Virus record (IMG/VR): IMGVR_UViG_3300045971_000344
Span: 230,945 to 294,944 of that record
Direction: 5' to 3' (one strand)
Length of the DNA stretch: 64,000 bases
Positions 1-8,466 of the stretch are shown one piece after another (within the stretch, counting starts at the first letter, position 1; every line of letters starts with the position of its first letter). A program made the translations under genes and the position numbers. The notes beneath the pieces are model-generated. The model saw only the letters and a list, made by a program, of their open reading frames with translations. It ran no database searches and had not been told where the DNA came from.

Positions 1-468
1 GGTCAAGGCCTGGGTGCCCTTTGGGGTGAAGGCATGAATGGTGGTATCGCCTTTGGTAAAAAAGCTCTGAAGAAGATACCTCAGGATCGTGTAGAGAAGG
101 CTATAAAGGCAGTTTTACCTAAGATCGTACCTGCCGCCAAGGAACAAAAGCAAACCTTGATTACTATAATGGAGCAACTACCTGAGATTTATTCTACCGT
201 AAACGGTACAAAGGCCAGCGTAGATGACGTAGGTGAGCCCATTGGTAACTTCATGTTGTTCATTGGTAAGATTTATAAATCCAAACCTGAGATTGACACA
301 ACTCAAGATGGGTGTAAGGTATATACCTACTTCAATGGCCCAAAGTCAGGTCTTCCCAAGCTGTACGTAATTCTGGATAAAAAGACTTTCTTATATGCTC
401 GTATAAAAGACAACACTTACTTGACGCTTGAAACCTTAAAGACAAAACTAGACTCTTATAAGGGGTAG
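1..468 (+). CDS. Hypothetical protein, 5'-truncated by the window edge
   Basis: Frame is open from base 1 (GQGLGALWGEGMNGG...) to TAG at 468. Confidence 0.7.
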   Translation, partial: GQGLGALWGEGMNGGIAFGKKALKKIPQDRVEKAIKAVLPKIVPAAKEQKQTLITIMEQLPEIYSTVNGTKASVDDVGEPIGNFMLFIGKIYKSKPEIDTTQDGCKVYTYFNGPKSGLPKLYVILDKKTFLYARIKDNTYLTLETLKTKLDSYKG

Positions 469-474
469 AGGTCT

Positions 475-1497
475 ATGAGATATGTAGCCATTTCAAGCGG
501 ACTAACGGATGAGATCAGAGGTTTGTTCTCAATAGCCGTTAAGGACGATAAACAACCGGGTGATATAAGGGAATGGGAAGATAGCCTAAAAGCACTTAAG
601 CCTAAGCTATATGAAGCATATAGATCAGCTATTACTAATAAGCTCATAGAGTGGCGTGTAGAGCTCGTACCTTACCATGGATTAGGTAGTCGTAGCTGGA
701 GCGTTAATTCCTACAGAGCTGGTCTTAAAGGTGATGACGCGGCGATCAAGCACCCCGCCCACGTTTTAAGAGAGACGAATTCTAAGACACAGGCCCAGAA
801 GGCAAAAGAAAAAATTGATGAATATAAATACACTAAGGTTTTATCAAGAGAACAGGGCTTCTATAAGCGCCTACGGTATCTGTATAAATTCAATTCCACT
901 AAATTGTCTGATTGGGACCGACAGTTTATTACCTCTTTGGGTAACCAATTGACCGAAGGTAGACCTAGTACATTGAAGCAAAAGCAAATAGCGAGTAAAT
1001 TATTTGAAAAATATAAAGTACCAGAAGGAGCAGAGGCAACTACTATGAGAAAGACTACTATAAGGCATACCAAATCTAATAAGTCCAAGACTACTGCTGT
1101 GGACATGGATACAGAGTACAAAATGCTTAAGGCTCTTAATAAGTTTGCTGGTAAAGACATTAGATTCAAGGACATGATTAAGCTCGAATTTAGGGGTGAA
1201 ACCGACCACATTGAGATTTTTAGTCACCCTTTGAATTTCAATGTCAGTATAAACACAAGCGAATTACTACATAAGTTTAAGGTTCACCCTGGTGCATTCT
1301 TGACCTTTTTGTACTATAACGGGGCTCAAAATAACGATCCTCAGAATTTAAAAGCTTATGTACCATATTCCTTTAGAAGGAAAGGCGTAAAAGCATTCAA
1401 AGGCCCTTCAAAATGGGTACATGATAGCGCTGGTTTTTGGAAGCAGATTCCTCTTAATCCAGAAGATGAGGATTTTGAAAGCATAGAAGTTGAATAA
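475..1497 (+). CDS. Leader-bearing hypothetical protein; probable fusion of two genes (internal start at 1045)
   Basis: N-term MRYVAISS; in-frame GAGG-N9-ATG at 1045 starts MRKTTIRH; C-half resembles 27515-27904. Confidence 0.75.
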   Translation: MRYVAISSGLTDEIRGLFSIAVKDDKQPGDIREWEDSLKALKPKLYEAYRSAITNKLIEWRVELVPYHGLGSRSWSVNSYRAGLKGDDAAIKHPAHVLRETNSKTQAQKAKEKIDEYKYTKVLSREQGFYKRLRYLYKFNSTKLSDWDRQFITSLGNQLTEGRPSTLKQKQIASKLFEKYKVPEGAEATTMRKTTIRHTKSNKSKTTAVDMDTEYKMLKALNKFAGKDIRFKDMIKLEFRGETDHIEIFSHPLNFNVSINTSELLHKFKVHPGAFLTFLYYNGAQNNDPQNLKAYVPYSFRRKGVKAFKGPSKWVHDSAGFWKQIPLNPEDEDFESIEVE

Positions 1498-1525
1498 CTA
1501 ATCTCTTAATGAAGGGAGTGTATAA

Positions 1526-1771
1526 ATGAGAAAGACCCTTGTTGTTAATATCCGCCAAAAAGAACAATCTTATGTAAATGAAATAGAGATAGAAAAGGCT
1601 GTAGAAAAGGCTAGAGAGGCCAAAGATTTTCGTCAAGAACTACTAAAATTAGATAGGATCTTTACGAAAAACCTAAACGAGTCAATTGGTAGTGACCGCT
1701 TTATCTATAAGAAGTATAGAGACAAGGTTAGAGGTCTTATGACGGTCCGTATGCCCGCTGGTTGGGACTGA
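1526..1771 (+). CDS. Hypothetical protein with leader-like N-terminus
   Basis: SD GGGAG; MRKTLVVNIR. Confidence 0.7.
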   Translation: MRKTLVVNIRQKEQSYVNEIEIEKAVEKAREAKDFRQELLKLDRIFTKNLNESIGSDRFIYKKYRDKVRGLMTVRMPAGWD

Positions 1772-1835
1772 TCACTAAAAATACAAGCATATCTAAGCAA
1801 ATCGTAATTTATTTATGATTGAGGAGGTTTGATCT

Positions 1836-2294
1836 ATGCGAAAGATAAGGGTTGCTATTGCATCCGTAAAGAACGAATTATCTTATCAGTGGTACAAAAT
1901 AAAGAGTCGGGTACAGCCCATGGAACTCCGAGGTAAAGAAGTACGACTCAATCAGGGTGATGTTATCGGTTTCCGTCCAGGTTCCAATGGAAAGACCACT
2001 CGCATGGTCCTCAAGGATAGCATCGGGTACGTTATGAGTCCTACCAAAGAACAGGTTGAGTATTTATTGAAGAAATGCGAGCCCTTAATTGGTGGCGCAA
2101 TAGACACAGCCAAGATAGGCTTAGTAACTGAACCTAAGGTTAGCGTTAAAGACAGGCGCATACTTGAAGAACTAAAGGACATGTCTAATATCTTGAAAAG
2201 GTATAAAGACATAACTGACATAAAGATCGAAAATAAACGTTTGCTATTTAGGTACGATAATCGTCCTTACAGTATTATTAGCGACCCTTCTTAA
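1836..2294 (+). CDS. Leader-bearing hypothetical protein
   Basis: SD GAGGAGG; MRKIRVAIAS. Confidence 0.8.
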   Translation: MRKIRVAIASVKNELSYQWYKIKSRVQPMELRGKEVRLNQGDVIGFRPGSNGKTTRMVLKDSIGYVMSPTKEQVEYLLKKCEPLIGGAIDTAKIGLVTEPKVSVKDRRILEELKDMSNILKRYKDITDIKIENKRLLFRYDNRPYSIISDPS

Positions 2295-2305
2295 AGGAGA
2301 AGTGT

Positions 2306-2857
2306 ATGAAGACCATTAGTGTAGAAATAAGTAGCGGAGATAACCAGTTAGTGTCCCAAGCAATACGGATCCTAACTAAGGTTGTTGACGCGGGTTTTAA
2401 GAAGAAAAAGGGTAAGGGCGCTACGGGGAAAAATACTGTACAAAAGGCCATAGAGAAATTCGTTAGAAGTCTTCCTGAAAAGGATCTTCAGGAATTGATA
2501 GAAAGTAAGTACGAAAATACGGAGACCTCTGAAGATAGATTACTCGCTTTGGCTTACAATATGAAGCAGCAGTCTACTAGGATGCCAAAAGAAAAGATAG
2601 CGGAACGGTCGGAACGCCATAAGGCAATGATAACAAAGCGTAAGAACAGAATAAAAGAACTTGAAATGAAGAAAAAGAACAGTACAAACCCAGATACTGT
2701 AAAGCGTATCTCACAGATTGTTACCAAGCATAAAGATCGTATTGACCGCCATAATGAAGCTCTTAAGTATTACAAAATGCTTGGGTCGTTAAAGCCCAAG
2801 ACGCATAAAGACATAGTTAAAAAGAAGACCAATCCAATGGGCCAGTCTACTAAATAA
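2306..2857 (+). CDS. Leader-bearing basic coiled-coil protein
   Basis: SD AAGGAG; MKTISVEISS; Lys-rich. Confidence 0.8.
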   Translation: MKTISVEISSGDNQLVSQAIRILTKVVDAGFKKKKGKGATGKNTVQKAIEKFVRSLPEKDLQELIESKYENTETSEDRLLALAYNMKQQSTRMPKEKIAERSERHKAMITKRKNRIKELEMKKKNSTNPDTVKRISQIVTKHKDRIDRHNEALKYYKMLGSLKPKTHKDIVKKKTNPMGQSTK

Positions 2858-2869
2858 GGATAAATAAAA

Positions 2870-3262
2870 ATGAGAAAAATCAGTGTCCGTATTGTCACAA
2901 CCGCGGCTGGCGCAGGAGAAGCATGGTGGAACAATCAGAGCAAAGAGCAGAAGGCGGCGTACATCAAAGCTCATCCAAATAGTAAGTATGCTAAACAAGC
3001 GGGAGCAGAAAAAGAGACTGTGGTAAACCAACATCCAAAGAAACTTATAACTGATTCTAAACTTAATAAGAAACAAGAAAAAATAAAGGAGCTTAACGTC
3101 CAGTTAAAAAATGAAAAGGAGACGTTAAAAAAGCTTACGAAACAACTACCAAAGTATAGATGGGGCTCATCCGCTAGTTTATGTAGATCAGAAATAGCCG
3201 ATATTAAAGAAAAGATACAAAAGATTGAAAAGCAACTACAAAAATATGAAGATAAAATCTAA
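2870..3262 (+). CDS. Leader + WW/HPNSKYAK module protein
   Basis: MRKISVRIVTTAA then WWNNQSKEQKAAYIKAHPNSKYAKQ. Confidence 0.8.
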   Translation: MRKISVRIVTTAAGAGEAWWNNQSKEQKAAYIKAHPNSKYAKQAGAEKETVVNQHPKKLITDSKLNKKQEKIKELNVQLKNEKETLKKLTKQLPKYRWGSSASLCRSEIADIKEKIQKIEKQLQKYEDKI

Positions 3263-3283
3263 CAAAAAAGAAATAAAGGAGAA

Positions 3284-3454
3284 ATGAAAAAGAAAAATAC
3301 GACTAACCCAGATACTGTAAAGCGTATCTCTCAGATCGTGACCAAGCATAATGAGGCACTAAAGTATTACAAAATGCTTGGGTCGTTAAAGCCCAAGACA
3401 CATAAAGACATAGTTAAGAAGAAGACCAACCCTATGGGACAGTCTACTAAGTAA
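3284..3454 (+). CDS. 56-aa duplicate of the C-terminus of 2306-2857 (small gene or remnant)
   Basis: AAGGAGAA-ATG; MKKKNTTNPDTVKRISQIVTKHNEALKYYKMLGSLKPKTHKDIVKKKTNPMGQSTK*. Confidence 0.55.
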   Translation: MKKKNTTNPDTVKRISQIVTKHNEALKYYKMLGSLKPKTHKDIVKKKTNPMGQSTK

Positions 3455-3466
3455 AAGGGAGATGTT

Positions 3467-3952
3467 ATGAGAAGAATAATTGTAAAGATTGTAACAACTG
3501 CTTCTGGGGATGACTGGTGGAATAGTCAGAGCAAAGAGCAGAAAGCGGCTTACATAAAAGCCCATCCTAGAAGTAAGTACGCTAAACAAGCTGGTTCGGC
3601 TGCACCTAAAGCCACTAAAACAAAGACCGAAAAGGTAGAATCACTAAAAAATAAATTGGTAGTACATCATAAGCCATCAAAAAATTTAACGAAAGAGCAA
3701 ATTGAAGATAATAAAAGGTATAATAAGTTTAAAGATAAAGAGAATCTTAAAAAAGCGAAGCTTTTAGCTGAAGGTGCTGAAGAAAAAATTAAAGCCCTTA
3801 AGGCTAAACTTAAAAAAGAAAATGACGCTAGCATAAAAACGCGCATCCAAAAACAAATACAAAAGTTAGAGTCAGCTGTTCGTATAACGGCTATGTACTC
3901 TAGAGAAAAGGTTGACGGTTACTATAATTCAGACCGACATTATCAAAGTTAA
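3467..3952 (+). CDS. Leader + WW/HPRSKYAK module protein
   Basis: MRRIIVKIVTTAS then WWNSQSKEQKAAYIKAHPRSKYAKQ. Confidence 0.8.
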   Translation: MRRIIVKIVTTASGDDWWNSQSKEQKAAYIKAHPRSKYAKQAGSAAPKATKTKTEKVESLKNKLVVHHKPSKNLTKEQIEDNKRYNKFKDKENLKKAKLLAEGAEEKIKALKAKLKKENDASIKTRIQKQIQKLESAVRITAMYSREKVDGYYNSDRHYQS

Positions 3953-4006
3953 GAAGAAGACCAACCCTATGGGTAATAAACCCTAATACAAAAAAAGGAG
4001 AAGTGT

Positions 4007-5197
4007 ATGAAGAAGATTAGCGTACGTATCAGCAGCATGAACAAGGCAACTGCAGCAAGAACTCGTATGAACTTTGAGAGCGAAGGTGATGAAGGCATGA
4101 GCTTCAGGGCGGCCAAGGGCGTCAATGATGAGCTGAACGTAGTTGAAGGCGATGTTATTTTTGATAGTGAGAACGGAATTAAATTCAAGCCTTCTCGGGC
4201 ATTCCGAAAAGAAGTACCTATGAAGACAGGTAATACGATTAAGGTAGAAAAGGATGCAGAAGGTGAGCTTACCTTTGAGTTCGAAGGTAATGATATTAAA
4301 TTTAAGCCTTCTCGCGCTCTTAAGAACAGCGTAATCCTTAAGAATAACAGTAAGATCAAAGTAGCAAAAGACAATCACGGCGATATCATCTTTGAAGGCA
4401 TTGACGGACTTGGATTCAAACCATCTAGCAAGATGAAGCGTATGCTCACAGCCTCGTCTGACTATACAGAGATTTCATCTGATAGTGGTGATGCATGGTG
4501 GGCGAAACAAAGCAAAGAGCAGAAAGCGGCTTATATAAAAGCCCACCCTAGAAGTAAGTACGCTAAACAATCAGGTGGACAAACTGCTCCAGCTAAAGAA
4601 AAGACAGGCGGGTCTAAGTCAACTAGCGCTCCAGAGCATTGGTTTAAGAATAAAGAAAAGCCTGGCACTAAAGAATATGACGATGCTATAATAGACGCTC
4701 TAAAGCAAAATAGTAAAGGATCTACATATGTAAATAAGAATGATAAACCTCTCTTTCTTAAGATAAAGAATCCTTCAGAAAGAGTACAAATGGAGGCAGT
4801 AAGAATTCAACCTTCTGTTTATGAGGCTATAAAAAATCCTAGTGAAAAAGTTTCTCTCTCTTACCTTAAATCTTTCCCTAGGGGAATAATGGATATAAAA
4901 AATCCTAGTGAAACTATGCTTAAAGTAGTTGAAAAGAAGGATCCCTTTTGGATAAAAGAACTGGAAAAGAAGAACGGTTCATCTAAAACAACCGTAGGTC
5001 CTAAAGATACTAACGGGCCTAAAGTAAAGGCTTTGAAAGAAAAGATTTCGGAGCTTACTGAAAAAATGAATAAGTGGAAAGAAAAATATAGGGCGTCTAA
5101 ATCAGCTACGGATAAGATAGTAGCAAAGACACACTATAAATCTACTAAAGCTGAACTGACTAAGGTTAATCGCGAGATCAGGAAGCTTTCTAAGTAA
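4007..5197 (+). CDS. Leader-bearing multidomain protein: HU-like FKPS repeats, WW/HPRSKYAK module, IKNPSE (DUF4116-like) repeats
   Basis: MKKISVRISS; KFKPSRAFRKEV, KFKPSRALKNSV, FKPSSKMKRML; internal TEISS; three IKNPSE repeats. Confidence 0.75.
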   Translation: MKKISVRISSMNKATAARTRMNFESEGDEGMSFRAAKGVNDELNVVEGDVIFDSENGIKFKPSRAFRKEVPMKTGNTIKVEKDAEGELTFEFEGNDIKFKPSRALKNSVILKNNSKIKVAKDNHGDIIFEGIDGLGFKPSSKMKRMLTASSDYTEISSDSGDAWWAKQSKEQKAAYIKAHPRSKYAKQSGGQTAPAKEKTGGSKSTSAPEHWFKNKEKPGTKEYDDAIIDALKQNSKGSTYVNKNDKPLFLKIKNPSERVQMEAVRIQPSVYEAIKNPSEKVSLSYLKSFPRGIMDIKNPSETMLKVVEKKDPFWIKELEKKNGSSKTTVGPKDTNGPKVKALKEKISELTEKMNKWKEKYRASKSATDKIVAKTHYKSTKAELTKVNREIRKLSK

Positions 5198-5211
5198 AGG
5201 ACTAATTAACC

Positions 5212-6411
5212 ATGGCTATCAGAATATGGGAATATGGGTCATCCCCAGAAGCAGTAAATCAGAGTACGACTAATGTCCAGATTGTGGTTGGAAACCCTAT
5301 TTCCTGTTCTGAGCAATTTTTGTCTACCGAGACGGGGGTTCCTTTGGAGCCCCTTTCTGGGTATCCTATTGTCCAAGTATTAGAGGGAGTTGACCTCATT
5401 ACATCCACAATAGGTTATAGAAACAATAACGCTCTGCCCGGGGAGTGGACCGCGGATCTAACAATCCCGCCCACAATAGAATTCAATTCTGGTAAAGAGA
5501 AGATACTTACCTTATCTTGGATATTTAAGTCCCTTGAAGGAACGGAAAAGTCCAATCAGTATATAACCGTTGTACCCAAAGACGATGTCTACTCTGAGGA
5601 CTACAAAGAGATTGTTTTACTTGGACCAGTACAGGACTTGAAGGTTACTGTCCCTTACATAATAAACGTTCTGGCAGGTGACATTGCAGAATATACGTTA
5701 TACGATGAAAACTCCCCTATCTCTTCAGGGAAAGCCGCAGACTCGGCTATAAATGGTCCTCACAGCGTTCTGTCTTTTACTGTAATCAGCCCCTTGTTTG
5801 TTCCACGACTTCGTCCATATAATCTTGTTATTACCTTGCGCTTTAACACCGCTGTCCGTCAGTTGTTTTCCAACGTATATCAGATTAATCCTACCATACT
5901 TAGTGCGATGCAGGCTCTAGAACTATCCATAAATAAGGCAAATCAAATTGAGACAATTAGAGGACTCCAGTTCCGTGAGGTAGACCTTTTACAAGGATTA
6001 ACCCGGGGACTCGACTACTTCAATAACGTACCGCCTACCCTAACGAGTTTCACCGGCGTCTGCATGACAGGCGGTATAAGAGAGGGCTGGCTCGTCTGCG
6101 CGTCAATCCGGTCCCTTAGAGCACAGCTACAGTCGGAGGGGATGTTCCAATTTGATTTTTCTGGACAAAATATTAGTCTTAATGTTGACCGTCAGCAGGC
6201 AATAGAGAGTGCTTGTGGTCATTATGAATCATTAGTCGATACTATGGTCAGGCCCTTGAAGATCATACTGGGTAAAAAGGGCGTAGTAAACGGTGATGGC
6301 TCATTAGGTGATAAATTGGCATTGATGTCTTCAATGGGTCTGACCAGACTGAGTAATAATGCTATAACTCGTTCTAAGTTAGGCAATCCATTATACCCTA
6401 GGACATGGTGA
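5212..6411 (+). CDS. Probable virion structural protein (possibly neck/head completion)
   Basis: Beta-rich N-half, helical C-half with FDFSGQNISLNVDR; no leader; function inferred only. Confidence 0.45.
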   Translation: MAIRIWEYGSSPEAVNQSTTNVQIVVGNPISCSEQFLSTETGVPLEPLSGYPIVQVLEGVDLITSTIGYRNNNALPGEWTADLTIPPTIEFNSGKEKILTLSWIFKSLEGTEKSNQYITVVPKDDVYSEDYKEIVLLGPVQDLKVTVPYIINVLAGDIAEYTLYDENSPISSGKAADSAINGPHSVLSFTVISPLFVPRLRPYNLVITLRFNTAVRQLFSNVYQINPTILSAMQALELSINKANQIETIRGLQFREVDLLQGLTRGLDYFNNVPPTLTSFTGVCMTGGIREGWLVCASIRSLRAQLQSEGMFQFDFSGQNISLNVDRQQAIESACGHYESLVDTMVRPLKIILGKKGVVNGDGSLGDKLALMSSMGLTRLSNNAITRSKLGNPLYPRTW

Positions 6412-6415
6412 TAAT

Positions 6416-6652
6416 ATTAGATACACAACTATTGCTAAAACAACTAAGCGTGGTAATTTAGATTACGACCCTGAAGATATCCCTGAGTATAAGAAGGGTG
6501 CGGTCAAAGCAAAGGCCGATGGTATGTTTGTTATGTTTTATGATAAAAAGGGAAATGAACTGGGTAGAAAGAAAATAGGAAACGCTAATCAAGCACAAGA
6601 ATGCGCGGAATCAAATAATGTATTCTATAAGAAATATGGAGTTATGCTATGA
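6416..6652 (+). CDS. Unannotated 78-aa leader-bearing protein with ATT start
   Basis: Open frame fills the gap; GGTGA then ATT-AGA-TAC-ACA-ACT-ATT-GCT (xRYTTIAK); ends in ATGA overlap with 6649. Confidence 0.6.
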   Translation: MRYTTIAKTTKRGNLDYDPEDIPEYKKGAVKAKADGMFVMFYDKKGNELGRKKIGNANQAQECAESNNVFYKKYGVML

Positions 6653-7083
6653 GGTACGTTACCCTATCTGTATCTACTAATCCAAATAGACCTAAATTTG
6701 GGACCTGTATTACTAAAGGTAAATTATGTCTATGCTTTGAAAATGCTCGTTTAGAGTATTGGGCCCAAAAGGCTAAGGGTAATGATTGCAAGTACATAGT
6801 TGGACTTGTTTATGGTGTTCCAAAAGAATTTGAGAAGGAAAAACAAGATAGTAAACCCAGTGGTCTTTCTCACGCATGGGTAGAACTTGAAGATAATACA
6901 ATAGTGGACCCCACACCCTATGCAATAGGTAAGTGGGTTCAAAGTAGAGAAATAGAAAATAATACTGCTCCAAAAGAGTATGCACTTAAGTATTGGAGTA
7001 AAAAGCATCCTTTAGAATACAAGATAAATAAGGAAATAAAAGAATCAAAATTAAGGGCGGTACTAAAATACTTTCCTCTATAG
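6649..7083 (+). CDS. Leader-bearing protein with transglutaminase/papain-like Cys-His-Asp motifs
   Basis: MRYVTLSVS; CFENA...HAWVE...DPT. Confidence 0.6.
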   Translation: MRYVTLSVSTNPNRPKFGTCITKGKLCLCFENARLEYWAQKAKGNDCKYIVGLVYGVPKEFEKEKQDSKPSGLSHAWVELEDNTIVDPTPYAIGKWVQSREIENNTAPKEYALKYWSKKHPLEYKINKEIKESKLRAVLKYFPL

Positions 7084-7096
7084 ACAGGAATAAATT

Positions 7097-7369
7097 ATGC
7101 AAGTAGATACTGAGAAAATGGTTCCCACCCAAATGAAGTCCAAGCTTAAGAAGAAGGGCTATTGGATCGTATCTTGTGAGTCCGCGGGTGGTGGTAACCG
7201 TGCCCACAGCTATTGGTTCGTCTATTGGAATGACCTAGACGACTCGGTCCACGTACAGACCGATGGTACCTTAGGTGGGGCGAGTAAGTCCTATAATAAG
7301 CAAAAGGCAATGGAAATCGCCATAACAAAAAGATATAAAGAACTTTATACGAAAGGACAATTGCTATGA
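7097..7369 (+). CDS. Hypothetical protein
   Basis: SD AGGA; ATGA overlap with next gene. Confidence 0.65.
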   Translation: MQVDTEKMVPTQMKSKLKKKGYWIVSCESAGGGNRAHSYWFVYWNDLDDSVHVQTDGTLGGASKSYNKQKAMEIAITKRYKELYTKGQLL

Positions 7370-7854
7370 AAAAGATAACGGTTAGAATCACCACCGCAAA
7401 GACCGATGAGCCTGTAGTAGAAAATCAATTTGCAGAGATCGTAAAAGAGATGCGGCAAATGCCTGCAGTTAAGAACAAAGAAGCCGTGTTGAAGAAGCGT
7501 AAAAACTGTATTCACCTGGAATATAAGGGCGCTAATTACTATATCGTACGCCATATCCATGAATTGAAGAAACTTAGAGAAGAGTCTTCTGAAACTCCAG
7601 GGGACTTAGACTTTATGGATTCTTATGGCTTTAAATACTATGGGTTAACTGAAGGTAACCACGTATTTTCTTATTCTAAATTCGTGCCATCTAAAGGTAT
7701 AACTTTTAGTTGTTCCGTTCGAGTAGCTAAAGATGGAACTTGGAGTGGTGGTGGGTCTGATGCTAAATTTCCTAAAAACAGAGGGTCTAACCTTTCTCAG
7801 TTAAAGACTTACGCTAATTCAGTTAAAAAGAAAATGAATTCCTTAGGTTCTTAA
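7366..7854 (+). CDS. Leader-bearing hypothetical protein
   Basis: MKKITVRITTAK. Confidence 0.8.
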   Translation: MKKITVRITTAKTDEPVVENQFAEIVKEMRQMPAVKNKEAVLKKRKNCIHLEYKGANYYIVRHIHELKKLREESSETPGDLDFMDSYGFKYYGLTEGNHVFSYSKFVPSKGITFSCSVRVAKDGTWSGGGSDAKFPKNRGSNLSQLKTYANSVKKKMNSLGS

Positions 7855-7881
7855 ATAAAAGAAATTGAAGGAGCAATAGTA

Positions 7882-8253
7882 ATGGCAACAATTTGTGTTG
7901 ACTTTGATGGAACTGTAGTTACCCATGACTACCCAAGAGTAGGTAAAGATATAGGAGCGGTTCCTGTACTAAAAAGATTAGTCGAAGACGGGCATAGACT
8001 AATCTTATGGACAATGAGAGACAAAGCTGAGTTACAAGATGCAGTCAATTGGTTTTTTCAGAATAATATACCTCTTTGGGGTGTGAATGAGAACCCAGAA
8101 CAACATACTTGGACGGACAGTCCAAAGGCTTATGGCCAACATTATATAGACGATTGTGCGGTTGGCACTCCCTTAATTCATGGTGTACACAGTAGACCTT
8201 ATATTGATTGGGCACGTATGGAGCAATTATTGTTGGAGATGGGGGTACTATGA
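7882..8253 (+). CDS. Cap-less HAD-superfamily phosphatase (BT0820-like)
   Basis: ICVDFDGT motif I, LILWTMR motif II, SPK...YIDD motifs III/IV. Confidence 0.85.
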   Translation: MATICVDFDGTVVTHDYPRVGKDIGAVPVLKRLVEDGHRLILWTMRDKAELQDAVNWFFQNNIPLWGVNENPEQHTWTDSPKAYGQHYIDDCAVGTPLIHGVHSRPYIDWARMEQLLLEMGVL

Positions 8254-8453
8254 AGATCAAACGACTAAAAATAACAACTGCGGCTGATACAGATAAGCAT
8301 GACTACATAATTGCCGTAAAAGAGATGCTAGATAGCCATGATGAAAATGACCACAATAAGACACAGTTCGATAACTACTCTGATAAAGCGCGCCAATTAT
8401 TGGACAACAATAAAGATCGTGATAGAATGACAGTACTACTTTTATCTACCTGA
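8250..8453 (+). CDS. Leader-bearing small protein
   Basis: ATG at 8250 (ATGA overlap); MKIKRLKITTAA. Confidence 0.7.
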   Translation: MKIKRLKITTAADTDKHDYIIAVKEMLDSHDENDHNKTQFDNYSDKARQLLDNNKDRDRMTVLLLST

Positions 8454-8466
8454 TAAGGATAATCTT

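Larger units (their letters stand above)
2663..3973 (+). repeat. Imperfect tandem duplication: 2663-2857 recurs at 3281-3454, with a 27-nt remnant at 3947-3973
   Basis: Near-identical DNA encoding MKKKN.TNPDTVKRISQIVTKH...PMGQSTK; AGTTAAGAAGAAGACCAACCCTATGGG at 3412-3438 and 3947-3973. Confidence 0.9.

Noticed and set aside
3412-3973. 27-nt direct repeat as a CRISPR array or att site
   Set aside because: Only two exact copies 535 nt apart, derived from duplicated coding sequence; no cas or integrase gene.
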